A DNA stretch of 64,000 bases from Cryomorphaceae bacterium (GCA_002682945.1 NYSL01000018.1:1570-65569), one strand, 5' to 3'; positions 52,457 through 62,493 are shown, numbered from the stretch's first letter. The notes: a model not told the origin generated them from the sequence alone. Translations and numbers: made by a program.

Positions 52457-54109
52457 ATGACAACTCAATTTGAATTTCTCGATTATCTAATTTTTGCAGC
52501 ATATGCCTCACTAATATTAGGTGTTGGTCTTTACATGTCAAGAGATAAAAAGGGACATCAAAAAAATGCCGAGGATTATTTTCTTGCAAGTAAATCTTTG
52601 CCCTGGTGGGCAGTCGGAGCATCGCTCATTGCTGCAAATATATCAGCTGAGCAATTTATTGGGATGTCTGGGTCAGGATTTAAATTAGGTTTGGCAATTG
52701 CCTCGTATGAATGGATGGCAGCTTTAACCTTAATAATTGTTGGAAAATATTTTTTACCGATTTTTATTGAAAAAGGGTTGTATACGATTCCTGAATTTGT
52801 GGAAAAACGATTTTCTACAAATCTAAAGACTATCCTTGCAGTTTTTTGGATAGCACTTTATATTTTTGTCAACCTTTCGTCCGTATTGTATTTAGGTTCT
52901 TTGGCCCTTGAGACAATTATGGGAGTTCCTCAAATTTACGGAGTTATTGGCCTTGCAGCATTTGCTGCTGCGTATTCGTTATACGGTGGTCTCTCAGCCG
53001 TATCTTGGACCGATGTGATTCAGGTTTTTTTTCTAACATTAGGAGGCTTTGCTACAACATATCTTGCTCTCGATCTTGTCTCCCGTGGAAATGGTCTTTG
53101 GGAGGGTTTTACAGCCCTTTACAAGGCAGTTCCAGATCACTTTTCAATGATATTAGACAAATCAAATCCTGAATATAATAATCTGCCCGGCATTGGTGTT
53201 CTCGTGGGAGGAATGTGGGTGGCCAATCTCTATTACTGGGGATTCAATCAATACATAATTCAAAGAACCCTGGCTGCAAAGAGTCTTCGAGAAGCTCAAA
53301 AAGGAATCCTATTCGCTGCGGGTTTAAAAATGATATTACCAATTATTGTGGTAATACCCGGTATCGCTGCCTATGTAATTATCAGAGATCCGGAAATCAT
53401 GAACGGACTTGGGGAAATAGCGATGAATAATTTACCAGATATGAATACTGCTGATAAAGCTTACCCCTGGCTTTTACAGCTATTACCAACAGGTCTAAGA
53501 GGTCTGGCTTTCGCAGCTCTTACAGCAGCGATTGTTTCATCTCTCGCTTCAATGCTGAACTCTACTTCAACGATATTCACCATGGACATATATAAGCAAT
53601 ACATCAATAAAAAAGCCAATGATCTAGAAACTGTTAATACTGGAAGACTGTCTGCTTTGATTGCTCTAATTATAGCTTCAATAATGGCTCCATTACTTGG
53701 AGGGATAGATCAAGCTTTTCAATTTATTCAGGAATATACAGGAGTAGTAAGCCCAGGAATCCTGGCAGTATTCATGTTAGGACTGTTTTGGAAAAAAACT
53801 ACAAATAAGGGAGCAATTATCGGAGCACTTTGCTCTATTCCAATTGCGATGTACTTTAAAGTCAGTCCAAAAGGTTGGGCAACTAATCCAATTTTCGTTG
53901 ATCTTCCATTCTTAAATCAAATGGGTTTAACAACCCTGATTACCATGGTTATTATAGCTATTATTAGTTGGTACCAGCAAAAAGGAAAAGACGATCAAAA
54001 GGGGATTGAAATAAGTAGGGAAACATTCAAAACAGATCCCATTTATAATATTGGAGCATTTGGAATACTCATATTGCTTTCAGCAATCTATGCAGTCTTT
54101 TGGAGTTGA
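52457..54109 (+). CDS. Sodium:solute symporter (SSS/SGLT family)
   Basis: 550 aa with ~13-14 TM segments and SGLT-type blocks (...AANISAEQFIGMSGSG..., GGLSAV.WTDVIQ). Confidence 0.9.
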   Translation: MTTQFEFLDYLIFAAYASLILGVGLYMSRDKKGHQKNAEDYFLASKSLPWWAVGASLIAANISAEQFIGMSGSGFKLGLAIASYEWMAALTLIIVGKYFLPIFIEKGLYTIPEFVEKRFSTNLKTILAVFWIALYIFVNLSSVLYLGSLALETIMGVPQIYGVIGLAAFAAAYSLYGGLSAVSWTDVIQVFFLTLGGFATTYLALDLVSRGNGLWEGFTALYKAVPDHFSMILDKSNPEYNNLPGIGVLVGGMWVANLYYWGFNQYIIQRTLAAKSLREAQKGILFAAGLKMILPIIVVIPGIAAYVIIRDPEIMNGLGEIAMNNLPDMNTADKAYPWLLQLLPTGLRGLAFAALTAAIVSSLASMLNSTSTIFTMDIYKQYINKKANDLETVNTGRLSALIALIIASIMAPLLGGIDQAFQFIQEYTGVVSPGILAVFMLGLFWKKTTNKGAIIGALCSIPIAMYFKVSPKGWATNPIFVDLPFLNQMGLTTLITMVIIAIISWYQQKGKDDQKGIEISRETFKTDPIYNIGAFGILILLSAIYAVFWS

Positions 54110-54195
54110 ATAATCAACTTTTTTAAAAATATACAAATAGTGTAATGCTTTATTTGAAATGGCAATTGCAACTTCAATAAAAATCATCAAATAAT

Positions 54196-55530
54196 ATGAA
54201 TCGAAAAATAAATGGTTTTTCTAAACTCTCAAAAAAAGCCAAAATGGAATGGCTTGCAAAAGTTCATTTAAAAAATCCCAAAAAAGGTTTAGATCTTATG
54301 AATTCATACATGCATATAGATCAAAACATCCAAAAAAAACATGATGAGTTTATTGAAAATACAGTTGCGAACTATTACCTCCCCTTGGGTGTGGCTCCTA
54401 ATTTTTTAATTAACGATAAAATCTACACTGTTCCTATGGCAATTGAGGAGAGCTCTGTTGTTGCAGCAGCATCTAAATCAGCGAAATTTTGGCTTTCAAG
54501 AGGTGGGTTTAAAAGCAAGATTATTTCAACAAAAAAAATAGGACATATTCATTTCACTTTTGATGGAGAAAAGAATTATTTAATCGATTTATTTTCTCGA
54601 TCCAAACACGATTTAATTAAAAGCACAGAGCTTTTAACAAAAAATATGCGTCAAAGAGGAGGAGGAATTCTTGATGTCAATTTGATAGACAAAACCGAAA
54701 AATTGATCAATTACTATCAATTAGAAGTTGGATTTGAAACTTGCGATTCAATGGGCGCAAATTTCATTAATTCATGCCTTGAAGAAATGGCGAAGTTTTT
54801 TCGCGAGTCAATTGAAAACGAAATAAAAAATGTAGGAAGCATCGATGTAATAATGAGCATCCTATCTAATTATACGCCAGAATGCATCGTGAGGTGCGAG
54901 GTGGCTTGCACAATCGAGGAATTAACAAAAAACGATATTTCAGAGTCTAAAATTTTTGCCAAAAAATTTAAGCAAGCTATTGAAATTGCAAAAATAGAAC
55001 CCTACAGAGCGACTACCCACAATAAAGGAATTATGAATGGTATTGATAGTGTTATTTTGGCGACTGGAAACGATTTCAGAGCTGTTGAAGCTGCTTGTCA
55101 TACTTACGCCGCCAAAGATGGTCAATATAAGAGTTTGACAGATTGTGAAATTTCCAATGATATCTTCAAATTTTGGATAGAAATTCCCCTTTCAATTGGA
55201 ACTGTAGGAGGATTAACCAAATTACACCCAATGGTTGAACTTTCTTTGGATATCTTGGGTAAACCTAATTCACATGAGTTAATGGAAATAGTTGCGGCTA
55301 GCGGTCTAGCACAAAATTTTGCTGCCCTTAAAGCTCTTACCACGTCTGGAATTCAAAAAGGTCATATGAAAATGCACTTATTGAATACTTTGAATCAACT
55401 TGGTGCAAGTGAAACTGAAAAAGAAATTCTCCAAAGAGTATTTTCTAAAACTGCTCCTCATCATGCTCAAGTTGTTTCAGCTTTTAATAATTTAAGAAAC
55501 ACTCAAGAAGGAGATTTCAGTAATGATTAG
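54196..55530 (+). CDS. mvaA: Hydroxymethylglutaryl-CoA reductase, class II
   Basis: 444 aa with EESSVVAAASKSAK, DSMGANFIN, ATGNDFRAVEA and GHMKMH blocks. Confidence 0.9.
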   Translation: MNRKINGFSKLSKKAKMEWLAKVHLKNPKKGLDLMNSYMHIDQNIQKKHDEFIENTVANYYLPLGVAPNFLINDKIYTVPMAIEESSVVAAASKSAKFWLSRGGFKSKIISTKKIGHIHFTFDGEKNYLIDLFSRSKHDLIKSTELLTKNMRQRGGGILDVNLIDKTEKLINYYQLEVGFETCDSMGANFINSCLEEMAKFFRESIENEIKNVGSIDVIMSILSNYTPECIVRCEVACTIEELTKNDISESKIFAKKFKQAIEIAKIEPYRATTHNKGIMNGIDSVILATGNDFRAVEAACHTYAAKDGQYKSLTDCEISNDIFKFWIEIPLSIGTVGGLTKLHPMVELSLDILGKPNSHELMEIVAASGLAQNFAALKALTTSGIQKGHMKMHLLNTLNQLGASETEKEILQRVFSKTAPHHAQVVSAFNNLRNTQEGDFSND

Positions 55531-56380
55531 TTTCAGAGCAAATGGCAAACTTCTTCTAACCTCAGAGTATGTTATACTTAATGGAGCTAAAGCAATCGCT
55601 GTCCCCACAAAACTCGGTCAAACTTTAGATTATTTAAAAGGAGATGAAAATCTCCAATGGACTGCCCTTAATAGTGATGGGGAGAAATGGATGACAGGCG
55701 AAGTAGAAAAATCTAAGAATCTTCTGAACTTGAAACGTCTAATAACTGAGGCAATGAAAATTGCAGGTTTATCAAAATTTCCAAAAGGAAAAGTGATCAC
55801 GAAACTCGAATTTTCAAAAGATTGGGGATTAGGAAGCTCTTCTACTTTAACATCATTAATCGCTCAATGGTTTTCTATTGACCCTATGGAACTTCACTTT
55901 CAAACCTCTCAAGGATCCGGTTATGATGTCGCCTGTGCTCAAGCGAGTCAGCCGATATTTTATCAGAAACTGGATAAAGGATATTTTAAAGAATATATAG
56001 AACTTAAATGGCCAAAAGAAAGTATATACTTTCTTTATTTGGGTAAAAAAAAGAGAAGCCATGAAGCAATTAAATCTTACTTGCCAAATCCAAAAAATAA
56101 TATCAAAGTCTTTACAGATCTAACAGATAAATTATATGAAGCAAGGACCACCGAGAGTTTAATTCGACTAACCAATATTCATGAAAATCTAATGGGAATT
56201 CATTTAGGAGAGAAATCTTTGCCCAATGAAATATTTTATGATAAAAATATAGGAGCGAAAAGTTTGGGAGCTTGGGGTGGAGATTTCGGTATGTTCATAA
56301 TCAGAAATCAAAAACAAGTTGACTATCTTAAGAAGAAAAACCCAAATACTTTTTTCTCTTGGGATGAAATTGTCTTATGA
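55523..56380 (+). CDS. GHMP-family kinase (GYDIA-type), possible mevalonate-pathway kinase
   Basis: 285 aa. GKLLLTSEYVILNGAKAIAVP is a phosphomevalonate-kinase-like N-terminus, GLGSSSTLTSLIAQW is GHMP motif II, and GSGYDVACA is also present. The start overlaps the HMGR stop by 8 nt. Confidence 0.75.
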   Translation: MISFRANGKLLLTSEYVILNGAKAIAVPTKLGQTLDYLKGDENLQWTALNSDGEKWMTGEVEKSKNLLNLKRLITEAMKIAGLSKFPKGKVITKLEFSKDWGLGSSSTLTSLIAQWFSIDPMELHFQTSQGSGYDVACAQASQPIFYQKLDKGYFKEYIELKWPKESIYFLYLGKKKRSHEAIKSYLPNPKNNIKVFTDLTDKLYEARTTESLIRLTNIHENLMGIHLGEKSLPNEIFYDKNIGAKSLGAWGGDFGMFIIRNQKQVDYLKKKNPNTFFSWDEIVL

Positions 56381-58578
56381 AACTGCTCCGGTTTATATTT
56401 ATTTTAATCTGTCTGATTTCTTGTATAGAGTCAAAATCAGCTCATTTAGTCGGGGGAGAAATCACATATACTTGTGTTGGGAATAATGTTTACCAAATAG
56501 AACTTATTGTCTATCGAGATTGTAATTCAACGGGCGCTCAACTTGATAATCCTGCCTCAATTGGTATTTTCAACGGAACTACGGGGGTATTGGTCCAAAA
56601 CCTTCAAGTGAATAAAGGTCCAACAAAGTCTGTTCCAGTAAATACAGGTAATCCATGCCTACTTGCTCCCCCTAATGTTTGCACTCAATATGCAGAATAT
56701 AGCGTGCTAGTCTCGCTACCGCCTTCTTCACAGGGCTATTCTATTGCATATCAGAGATGTTGCAGAAATGCAACAATAACAAACATAAATAATCCTGATG
56801 ATTGGGGAATGACTATTTCGGCAAGAATACCACCAAATGATAACACCTGCAATAATAGCCCTCAGTGGAATAACAAACCCCCAATAGTTCTTTGTAGTCA
56901 AGAAAACTTGAGCATTTCCAGCGCAGCAATTGATCCAGATAATGACTCCTTGCATTACAAGCTCTGTGAGATTTATCATGGTGGTGGGAAATCCAATCAG
57001 CAAGGCTCGTTAAATAGTCCAAAACCAAATCCGCCCGGTCCGCCTCCATATTCAGTCGTACCATTTAACCAGTCCAATACTCCAGCAAATCCAATCCCAG
57101 GGACCCCACCGATATCTATAAATGGTCAAACTGGAATAATATCAGGAAAACTTTCTGTAACAGGACAATATGTTGTTGTAATCTGTGTTGAGGAGTGGAG
57201 AAATGGTATGCTTTTAAATACAATCCGAAGAGACTATCAATTTAATGTAACATCCTGTCAAGCATCGATATGGGCCGATATTATTTCAGAGGTAGATGAT
57301 CCTACTCAATTATGCATAGGCACCACCGTTCCCTTCTCTCAGAATAGTTTTAATGCAACTTTTTATCATTGGGATTTCGGAGATCCTAATAGTAGCTCAG
57401 ATACTTCGAACCTACCAAATCCAACATTTACTTTTAATGACACTGGTGTTTATACAGTAACTCTCATTGCAAATCCAGGCTGGCCATGTGCAGATACTGA
57501 TCAAGTAGATTTTCATATTTATCCTCCAATCAATGCCAATTTTCAATATTTAGGAGATGTTTGCTCAGATAAGCAAAACTTTATCTTTACCCCAAATGGA
57601 AATTGGTACCCTGATAAAACTATTGAATGGACATTTGGTACTTCTTTGACCGATGCAAATATTTATAAATTCAGCGGAGAATTTCCACCACCAATAACTT
57701 TTACCCAAGCGGGCAATTATCCTGTTTCACTCCTTATAAAATCCAAAGCCTGCGAGGAAACATTTATTGATACAATAAAAGTGTACGACCGACCCAATAT
57801 TCAAAATGACTTTAATGGCATTATTGGATGTGAGCCATTTACATTTTTATTTGATGCAAAAGCAACTAGCTCAACTCCATTAAATTATTATTGGGAATTT
57901 GGAGATGGAAATTCATCAATTCTCGATATACCATTTCATACATACACAAAACCAGGCATTTACAACGTGAAATTGATGGCGTGGACCACCACGGGTTGCA
58001 TTGATACTATCAATAAAGATTATCCGGGTGCAATAGTTGTGAACCCTCGTCCTGTCATGCCTTTTTCAGTATCCCCTCTAAAAGTCAATATTTACAAACC
58101 TGAAATTGCAGTAAACACCTCGGGAATCGATCCTAATGAAGTGTTTTATTTTGATATGGGAGATAGTACAATTTATACTCAGCAAGACTTTTTTTTACAT
58201 AAATACAAAGACACTGGTTTTTTTAAAATAATGAGAATTGCTGTGAATGAATTTGATTGCTGGGATACTTTAAGTCAAATTGTAAGAGTTGATCCGGTGA
58301 TGAATATTTGGTCTCCAAATACATTTACTCCTGATGGTGATAACATCAATGATACATTTCGACCCGTAGTTACAGGTTTTAATTCCTATAAATTGGCAAT
58401 TCTTGATAGGTGGGGGAAAATTGTCTTTGAGTCCAACGATCCATATGAGGAGTGGAATGGTCAAGTACAAAACTTGGGTCCCCAATGTCCACAAGGGGTA
58501 TATTCATGGAGACTTTTTATTTTAGATTTTGCCAACTCAGCAATTGAAAAACATGGAACAATAATTCTTTATCGCTAA
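56377..58578 (+). CDS. T9SS type-B C-terminal-domain surface protein, paralogue of 26433-28352
   Basis: 733 aa with a signal peptide, the same Cys-rich N-module (SAHLVGGEITYTC...QRCCRNATI...RRDYQFNVTSC) and WDFGD/WEFGD PKD-like repeats. The C-terminus is NTFTPDGDNINDTF...ILDRWGKIVFES...GVYSWRL...GTIILYR. Confidence 0.85.
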   Translation: MKLLRFIFILICLISCIESKSAHLVGGEITYTCVGNNVYQIELIVYRDCNSTGAQLDNPASIGIFNGTTGVLVQNLQVNKGPTKSVPVNTGNPCLLAPPNVCTQYAEYSVLVSLPPSSQGYSIAYQRCCRNATITNINNPDDWGMTISARIPPNDNTCNNSPQWNNKPPIVLCSQENLSISSAAIDPDNDSLHYKLCEIYHGGGKSNQQGSLNSPKPNPPGPPPYSVVPFNQSNTPANPIPGTPPISINGQTGIISGKLSVTGQYVVVICVEEWRNGMLLNTIRRDYQFNVTSCQASIWADIISEVDDPTQLCIGTTVPFSQNSFNATFYHWDFGDPNSSSDTSNLPNPTFTFNDTGVYTVTLIANPGWPCADTDQVDFHIYPPINANFQYLGDVCSDKQNFIFTPNGNWYPDKTIEWTFGTSLTDANIYKFSGEFPPPITFTQAGNYPVSLLIKSKACEETFIDTIKVYDRPNIQNDFNGIIGCEPFTFLFDAKATSSTPLNYYWEFGDGNSSILDIPFHTYTKPGIYNVKLMAWTTTGCIDTINKDYPGAIVVNPRPVMPFSVSPLKVNIYKPEIAVNTSGIDPNEVFYFDMGDSTIYTQQDFFLHKYKDTGFFKIMRIAVNEFDCWDTLSQIVRVDPVMNIWSPNTFTPDGDNINDTFRPVVTGFNSYKLAILDRWGKIVFESNDPYEEWNGQVQNLGPQCPQGVYSWRLFILDFANSAIEKHGTIILYR

Positions 58579-58938
58579 TTAGAATATTTTTGAACCCAAA
58601 ATAAGGGCAACTAGACCCAATGTCACCGAAAAAACTACATAAGCAAATACTAATGCATATTGACCCAATTTTATGAGCTGAAGTACCTCGTTTGAAAATG
58701 TACTAAATGTGGAAAACCCTCCACAAAATCCAACACTCCAAAAAATTATATACTTTGGTTGAATATCCTTCCCCATAAAATATCCTAAAATTAGACATGC
58801 CAAAATATTGGCGATCAAAGTAGCAAAAATTGTTACTTTCAACGAATTTGAAAAAAATAAATTGGCCATTTCACTAACGCCGTAACGAGCTAAGGAACCA
58901 AGTCCACCACCAAAAAAAATAGCTACAATCTGAATCAT
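58579..58938 (-). CDS. crcB: Fluoride ion channel CrcB/FluC
   Basis: 119 aa with 4 TM segments and the GGGLGSLARY and GFCGGFSTFSTF motifs. Confidence 0.92.
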   Translation of the reverse strand: MIQIVAIFFGGGLGSLARYGVSEMANLFFSNSLKVTIFATLIANILACLILGYFMGKDIQPKYIIFWSVGFCGGFSTFSTFSNEVLQLIKLGQYALVFAYVVFSVTLGLVALILGSKIF

Positions 58939-59504
58939 TAGTATTTAAAATTAGGAGTACTTCGCCACCGATTCAAGGCATTCGCAATTAATAGACCTAA
59001 AATAGCACCTCCCAGAATATCTCCGGGATAATGAACCCCTAGATATACGCGGCTATAAGAAACGAGCATGGCCCAAAAAAGAAAAATCAGTATGAATATT
59101 TTAGGCGGGCGAGAAAAATTAACAATAGCAAAAATTGTCCATATTGTAGAAGCATGGCTTGATACGAAGCCATACCTCCCACCACATCTATTCGCTACTA
59201 ATTCAAACTGTTCTATTAATTCAGAAGAATGGCAAGGTCTCAGTCTTTCAAAAGTATTTTTGAACCCATGGACTGAAATAATATCTGCTAAACCGACACC
59301 GACAATAATAAGGGATGCAAGCAAGACTACCTCATTTAATTTTAATTTAAAAAATGCAAAAATTAGAAATAGAATAACTAATACATAAGTGCCAATGCTC
59401 ATACTCAAAACCTGAAAAAAATAATCTAAAGAATCCGGTCCCCAGTTCACGAGATTTAAAAAAAGTATCTCATCAAGACTATTTAAGAATTCAATGAGTC
59501 CCAT
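58938..59504 (-). CDS. PAP2-family membrane phosphatase
   Basis: 188 aa with the acid-phosphatase motifs ...RLRPC..., SSHAS and [12 protein letters not shown]. Confidence 0.88.
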   Translation of the reverse strand: MGLIEFLNSLDEILFLNLVNWGPDSLDYFFQVLSMSIGTYVLVILFLIFAFFKLKLNEVVLLASLIIVGVGLADIISVHGFKNTFERLRPCHSSELIEQFELVANRCGGRYGFVSSHASTIWTIFAIVNFSRPPKIFILIFLFWAMLVSYSRVYLGVHYPGDILGGAILGLLIANALNRWRSTPNFKY

Positions 59505-60475
59505 AGCATATCCTTCATTTGCATTATATTTTCTTCTGTTACTGAGCTAAAGAATATATGAGGAATTTCGACAGGTAAACTTGCCTCAATTTCTAACTTC
59601 AATTCATTGTCTAACATATCAGATTTTGAAATTCCCAATATTTTTCTTTTTCGACTCAGCTCTAAACTATATTTCTCTAACTCGTTTAATAGAGTGTTAA
59701 ATTCTTTTAAATGGTCCTTCGCGTCCGCAGGAATTAAAAAGAATAAAATTGAATTACGTTCAATGTGACGTAAAAAACGATGTCCAAGCCCCTTCCCCTC
59801 ACTGGCACCTTCAATAATTCCAGGAATATCAGCTATAACAAATGAATTGAAACCTCTATGTTCGACAACTCCCAGATTCGGAACTAAAGTGGTAAAAGGA
59901 TAATCTGCAATTTCAGGCTTAGCAGCTGAAACGACACTTAGCAAAGTTGATTTTCCTGCATTAGGAAAACCAACTAATCCCACATCAGCAAGTAATTTAA
60001 GTTCAAGAGTAAACCACCCTTCTCTTCCATCTTCTCCTGGCTGAGCATTTGTGGGAGTGCGATTGGTTGGACTTTTGAATTGAGAATTACCAAGTCCTCC
60101 GCGACCTCCAGATAGTAATATTTTTTGTTGACGATCCTCCGTTATCTCAAAAATAACTTTTTCAGTTTCAGAATTTTTAATTTGAGTACCTAAAGGCACT
60201 TTTATGATAATATCTTCGCCATCGGCACCATGCCTGTTATTTCGACTTCCACCACTTCCGGGATGAGCTTTGTTATGTTTTTTATATTTCAAATGCAAAA
60301 GTGTCCACAGTTGAGAGCTCCCCTCAAGAATGATATGACCACCTCTTCCGCCATCTCCTCCGTCAGGACCACCTTTTGGCACTCCCCTTGCCCGATAAAG
60401 ATGGGCAGATCCAGCGCCACCTTTACCTGAGGAACAGAAAATTTTCACATAATCAATGAAGTTACTATCTCCCAT
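59483..60475 (-). CDS. obg: GTPase Obg/CgtA
   Basis: 330 aa with an Obg fold (GGDGGRGG repeats) and a G domain ([13 protein letters not shown]). Confidence 0.96.
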   Translation of the reverse strand: MGDSNFIDYVKIFCSSGKGGAGSAHLYRARGVPKGGPDGGDGGRGGHIILEGSSQLWTLLHLKYKKHNKAHPGSGGSRNNRHGADGEDIIIKVPLGTQIKNSETEKVIFEITEDRQQKILLSGGRGGLGNSQFKSPTNRTPTNAQPGEDGREGWFTLELKLLADVGLVGFPNAGKSTLLSVVSAAKPEIADYPFTTLVPNLGVVEHRGFNSFVIADIPGIIEGASEGKGLGHRFLRHIERNSILFFLIPADAKDHLKEFNTLLNELEKYSLELSRKRKILGISKSDMLDNELKLEIEASLPVEIPHIFFSSVTEENIMQMKDMLWDSLNS

Positions 60476-60483
60476 TTAAAGTT

Positions 60484-61056
60484 TTATAAATGACCAATTT
60501 CAGATTTTAAGGCAATAGATATTTGTTCTATTGTTCCCAAGCCATTTATTGAAATGTATTTTCCAACTTCTTCATAATGATTTTTAACAACTGCAGTTTC
60601 GTTGTAATATGTATCAAGTCTTTTTTGAATGACTTCAATGTTTGCATCGTCTGGCCGGCCTGACACCTTACCACGCTCAAGGAGGCGCAATCTCAAATCC
60701 TCATCAGGCACCTCTAGGCCAATCATGGCCGTAATTTCTAAATTCCGTTCTCCAAGAAATGAATCTAAAGCATTTGCTTGATCTTTTGTCCTGGGAAAAC
60801 CATCAAAAAGAAACCCCTCAGAATTGGGATATTTTAAGAGTTCTAAACTTAACATATCAATAGTTACAGAATCAGGAACAAGCCTTCCTTCATCCATGAA
60901 TTTTTTTGCTAAAATCCCTAATTCCGTTTGATTTGAAATATTGTAGCGGAATATGTCTCCAGTACTTAAATGGACAAACCCAAATTCTTCAACGAGGAAT
61001 TCACTTTGAGTGCCCTTGCCTGCACCCGGAGGACCAAAAAGAATGATGTTTTTCAT
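60484..61056 (-). CDS. adk: Adenylate kinase (short, zinc-less lid)
   Basis: 190 aa with GPPGAGKGTQ and the LID region RGKVSGRPDD. Confidence 0.96.
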   Translation of the reverse strand: MKNIILFGPPGAGKGTQSEFLVEEFGFVHLSTGDIFRYNISNQTELGILAKKFMDEGRLVPDSVTIDMLSLELLKYPNSEGFLFDGFPRTKDQANALDSFLGERNLEITAMIGLEVPDEDLRLRLLERGKVSGRPDDANIEVIQKRLDTYYNETAVVKNHYEEVGKYISINGLGTIEQISIALKSEIGHL

Positions 61057-61072
61057 GTCTAAAAAGAAAATA

Positions 61073-61080
61073 CAAATGTA
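61073..61080 (-). promoter_or_regulatory. Candidate -7 box for adk
   Basis: Plus-strand CAAATGTA reads TACATTTG on the minus strand, 17 nt upstream of the adk ATG. Confidence 0.3.
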
Positions 61081-61097
61081 CGAACCTTATTGTTTTT

Positions 61098-61105
61098 TAA
61101 CTTTG
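61098..61105 (+). promoter_or_regulatory. Candidate -7 box for the mannose-1-phosphate guanylyltransferase gene
   Basis: TAACTTTG matches TAnnTTTG, 22 nt upstream of the ATG at 61127. Confidence 0.3.
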
Positions 61106-61126
61106 CAGAACCAATAGAAAAAGCTA

Positions 61127-62212
61127 ATGAATCACAATTTTGCAATAATCATGGCTGGAGGGTTAGGAAGCCGCTTCTGGCCAACTAGTACATCTCACAA
61201 GCCAAAACAGTTTCTAGATGTTCTTAATACTGGAGAAACATTATTGCAGCAAACGTTTCGAAGAGTTTCGCTAACAATTCCAAAGAAAAATATTCTAATC
61301 GTAACAAAATCTGATTACTTGAATTTTTGTTTGGACCAACTTCCAGAAATAAATAAAGAAAATATAATATGTGAGCCATCAAGAAGAAATACGGCACCAT
61401 GTATTGCTTTAGCAGCTTTTAAGTTAAAAAAGATTGACCCTTTAGCAAACTTCATTGTCACTCCTGCGGATCATCTGGTAACCAATGAATCTGAATTCAA
61501 ACGAATAATTCAATTAGGCTTATCTGTGACGGCGAAAAATAATATTTTATTAACTCTAGGCATCTCTCCGAATAAACCGGAAACTGGGTATGGATATATC
61601 CAGTTTAAAAAAGAAGAGAATTCATTTAATACAGAAATCAAGACAGTAAAAACATTCATAGAAAAACCTGAGCTAGAATTAGCCAAATCATTTTTAGAAA
61701 CAGGTGAATTCCTCTGGAACTCTGGAATTTTTATTTGGAATGCAAACTCTATTTTAAGTGCATTTGAAAAGCATATGCCTGAGATGTATTCTCTATTTGA
61801 AGGCGGCTGGGACGATATTAACTCAGATAACGAAAAAGCGTTTTTAGAAACTATCTACCCGCATTGCCCCAATGAATCAATAGATTATGGAATACTTGAA
61901 AAGTCTTCTCAGGTTTATGTTCTAAAAAGCGATTTTGGTTGGAGTGATTTAGGCTCCTGGGGAGCGATTTATTCGGATCAGAAAAAAAATAACCAAGGAA
62001 ATGTTGGTGTTTCAGAAAATATATTTTTATATGATTCTAAGGATAATTTAATTTCACTTCCTAAGGAGGTAGTAGCTGTAGTCGAGGGCCTCAACAATTA
62101 TATTGTTGTGCAATCTGAAAATCGCCTTTTAATCTGTCCAAAGGAAAGTGATCAAAACATCAAAAAGTTTGTCACCGATATAAAGCTAAAACTGGGAGAG
62201 GGAGAAATTTAA
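61127..62212 (+). CDS. manC: Mannose-1-phosphate guanylyltransferase
   Basis: 361 aa with the nucleotidyltransferase motif IMAGGLGSRFWP. There is no phosphomannose-isomerase cupin domain. Confidence 0.88.
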   Translation: MNHNFAIIMAGGLGSRFWPTSTSHKPKQFLDVLNTGETLLQQTFRRVSLTIPKKNILIVTKSDYLNFCLDQLPEINKENIICEPSRRNTAPCIALAAFKLKKIDPLANFIVTPADHLVTNESEFKRIIQLGLSVTAKNNILLTLGISPNKPETGYGYIQFKKEENSFNTEIKTVKTFIEKPELELAKSFLETGEFLWNSGIFIWNANSILSAFEKHMPEMYSLFEGGWDDINSDNEKAFLETIYPHCPNESIDYGILEKSSQVYVLKSDFGWSDLGSWGAIYSDQKKNNQGNVGVSENIFLYDSKDNLISLPKEVVAVVEGLNNYIVVQSENRLLICPKESDQNIKKFVTDIKLKLGEGEI

Positions 62213-62222
62213 ATTTATTTCT

Positions 62223-62399
62223 CTATTTATTTTGATCATCCGTCTTGTGACCAATAATTTTATAAAGTAATTTTGGTGCGTATTGCTCTAGACCCAAAAG
62301 AGTAAGCCAATATCCCACAAAAAGTCCGAGAAAAAGGAGCATACTGAATCCTGTGAGGAATATCATCAGAAAGACTAAAAAACCAAGAAATTTTGACAT
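62223..62399 (-). CDS. Possible 58-aa membrane peptide (below the ORF-track cutoff)
   Basis: My own translation gives MSKFLGFLVFLMIFLTGFSMLLFLGLFVGYWLTLLGLEQYAPKLLYKIIGHKTDDQNK. It fills an otherwise empty 280-nt gap. Confidence 0.35.
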   Translation of the reverse strand: MSKFLGFLVFLMIFLTGFSMLLFLGLFVGYWLTLLGLEQYAPKLLYKIIGHKTDDQNK

Positions 62400-62459
62400 A
62401 GTTTATCTCCGTAAATATTTCTTACAAATATACAATCCAAACCACTTCCGAATAGGCCC

Positions 62460-62467
62460 TACATTTG
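62460..62467 (+). promoter_or_regulatory. Candidate -7 box for fumC
   Basis: TACATTTG lies 27 nt upstream of the ATG at 62494. Confidence 0.35.
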
Positions 62468-62493
62468 TATTATTATGAATTTAATTTTTTCAA

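Noticed and set aside
58930-58945. Searched for a fluoride riboswitch upstream of crcB
   Set aside because: There is no intergenic space. The crcB ATG overlaps the PAP2 stop (TAATG on the minus strand), so crcB appears co-transcribed with the PAP2 and obg genes. No riboswitch-sized leader exists.
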